Made by a program: the position numbers and the translations under genes | Source of the DNA: Takakia lepidozioides | Lineage: Eukaryota; Plantae; Bryophyta | DNA: 64,000 bases | Direction: 5' to 3' | Assembly (NCBI GenBank): GCA_030704615.1 | Contig: CM060731.1 | Span: 93,620,001-93,684,000, forward strand | Part shown: piece by piece, positions 62,904 through 64,000 of the stretch | Position numbering within the stretch: the first letter of the stretch is position 1 | Layout: each line of letters opens with the position of its first letter | The notes under the pieces: model-generated | Told to the model about the DNA's origin: nothing | Seen by the model: only the letters and a program-made list of their open reading frames with translations | Database searches by the model: none

Positions 62904-64000
62904 GTGTTCGATGGCTCCGAATTCCTACGCTATAGTTTGTGTCCTCCGCAACTTGGGAGAGCCTGGATCCCAAACGAGGGAGGACTTTGCAAAGTGACTG
63001 AAACTTACCTTTGTTCTAAAATTCAAGCTCAAACCGGGCACAGTTTACTTGGAAGAATAAAGGAAGGATGTTCCTGGACAGTTGACGAGACCATTGTCGT
63101 GCTAGGTAACGACGGATGTTGCGGAAACAAATGGCACGTACCCCATCAGACACCATCCTATACCGAGCTGTGGGAATGCCCATTCCCTTTCCGAATCAGT
63201 CGCTGCCCCACACCATCCACAAAGGAGTCCGGAAACCGACAGGCGCCACTGCAACAGAGAGTTATGCAACAAAATCATTCCCGACCTGGACCGTCAAGAC
63301 CCTCCATAGCTTCTCGTGTGGACGTATTCGACATTTCCGACGATGAAGATGAGTGCATTGAGGTCCCCATGTCCTCCACACGGTCGTTCAAATCCGACAT
63401 GGACGTCTCTGCAGGTGCTACGCATGTACTCTCGAGCATAACTCCAACCCGGTCCATTGTGCAGCTCCTACGGCAACATCACCTCGATGGTTCTCGCTCC
63501 GAGCTGGCTGCTCTCGACTATGCCAAATTTCCGGTCAGGAAGGTGGTAACGTATCTGCCTCCCGAAGTCGATGGCAATGTCATCTTCGAGTTTCCACCTA
63601 TCACTTTCCTCAAACAAAGCCTCAGGGATGTTAACAGACATGGATCGAAGCATGACGGACAACCCTGGTGTGTGACGAAGACCAGTAGCACGAAAATTGC
63701 TGATGGTGTTCGTGTACGATACGTCCTCTGTGCGGGGAAGCTGAGGTGCCTGAATCCCGCCTGCTTCCACTTTCCAAAGGAGGGCGGAGAAACGAGACTT
63801 TGGCACAACGCATCATCCATTCATTGGAGCTCCTGCGGGGTGCGGCAAAGAACCACCGAATGTCCGCAGAGCCCAATATTACGTTATCCATTTGCTCCCG
63901 GACTTGACTAGAGCTTGCATACACGTTGGGGTCCACTGCCACCCTTGGCGAGAGGCAACATGCGTGAGGCTGTGCAAGAAGCACACGACATCATAAAAGA
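62904..64000 (+). pseudogene. E3 Mutator-like transposase N-terminal part (runs off the window)
   Basis: ELAALDYAKF..LPPEVDGNVIFEFPP..KHDGQPWC..RYVLCAGKLRCLNPACFHF..HVGVHCH is collinear with the E2 transposase (ELAGLDYSKF..LPADVDDNIFFEFLP..KHDGHPSC..RYVVCAGVLRCFSPTCFHF). Confidence 0.8.

Noticed and set aside
1-64000. tRNA, rRNA or other structured RNA genes
   Set aside because: None recognised by eye; only the tRNA-iMet-complementary PBS at 38038-38049.

Overview
Eukaryotic, intron-containing DNA from a land plant, probably a non-seed plant (PLS-type PPR, OSB PDF motifs, YlmG1, CUE-domain gene). It is dominated by nested and decayed transposons. Host loci: a CUE-domain coiled-coil gene (24.9-29.8 kb, -), a decayed OSB-PDF/PPR locus (30.9-36.4 kb, +) and a disrupted YlmG1 gene (49.7-50.6 kb, -). 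Ordinary TEs: a LINE RT, a piggyBac transposase fragment plus a piggyBac MITE, a CACTA MITE, a Ty3/gypsy gag-protease with 5' LTR, and three more LTR copies. The main observation is three large DNA-transposon-like units (E1 about 1-18.6 kb, E2 about 38.7-47.4 kb, E3 about 55.8-64 kb) plus a fragment (54.2-55.8 kb). They share one layout: a transposase transcribed head-to-head with a spliced cargo gene carrying a ParB/Sulfiredoxin-like domain (GNHR/GGQH motif). Where the cargo's 3' part survives (E1, E3), it also has a beta-class N4C/N6A methyltransferase-like domain. Each unit has its own palindromic motif, clustered between the two genes and placed in cargo introns. The transposases come from two unrelated superfamilies (Sola/DUF7869-like in E1, Mutator-like in E2 and E3). 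By inference, this looks like a TE-borne ParB/parS-like recognition and DNA-modification or anti-silencing module. All domain calls are by eye from motifs; no database searches were run. Element termini of E1-E3 were not identified.
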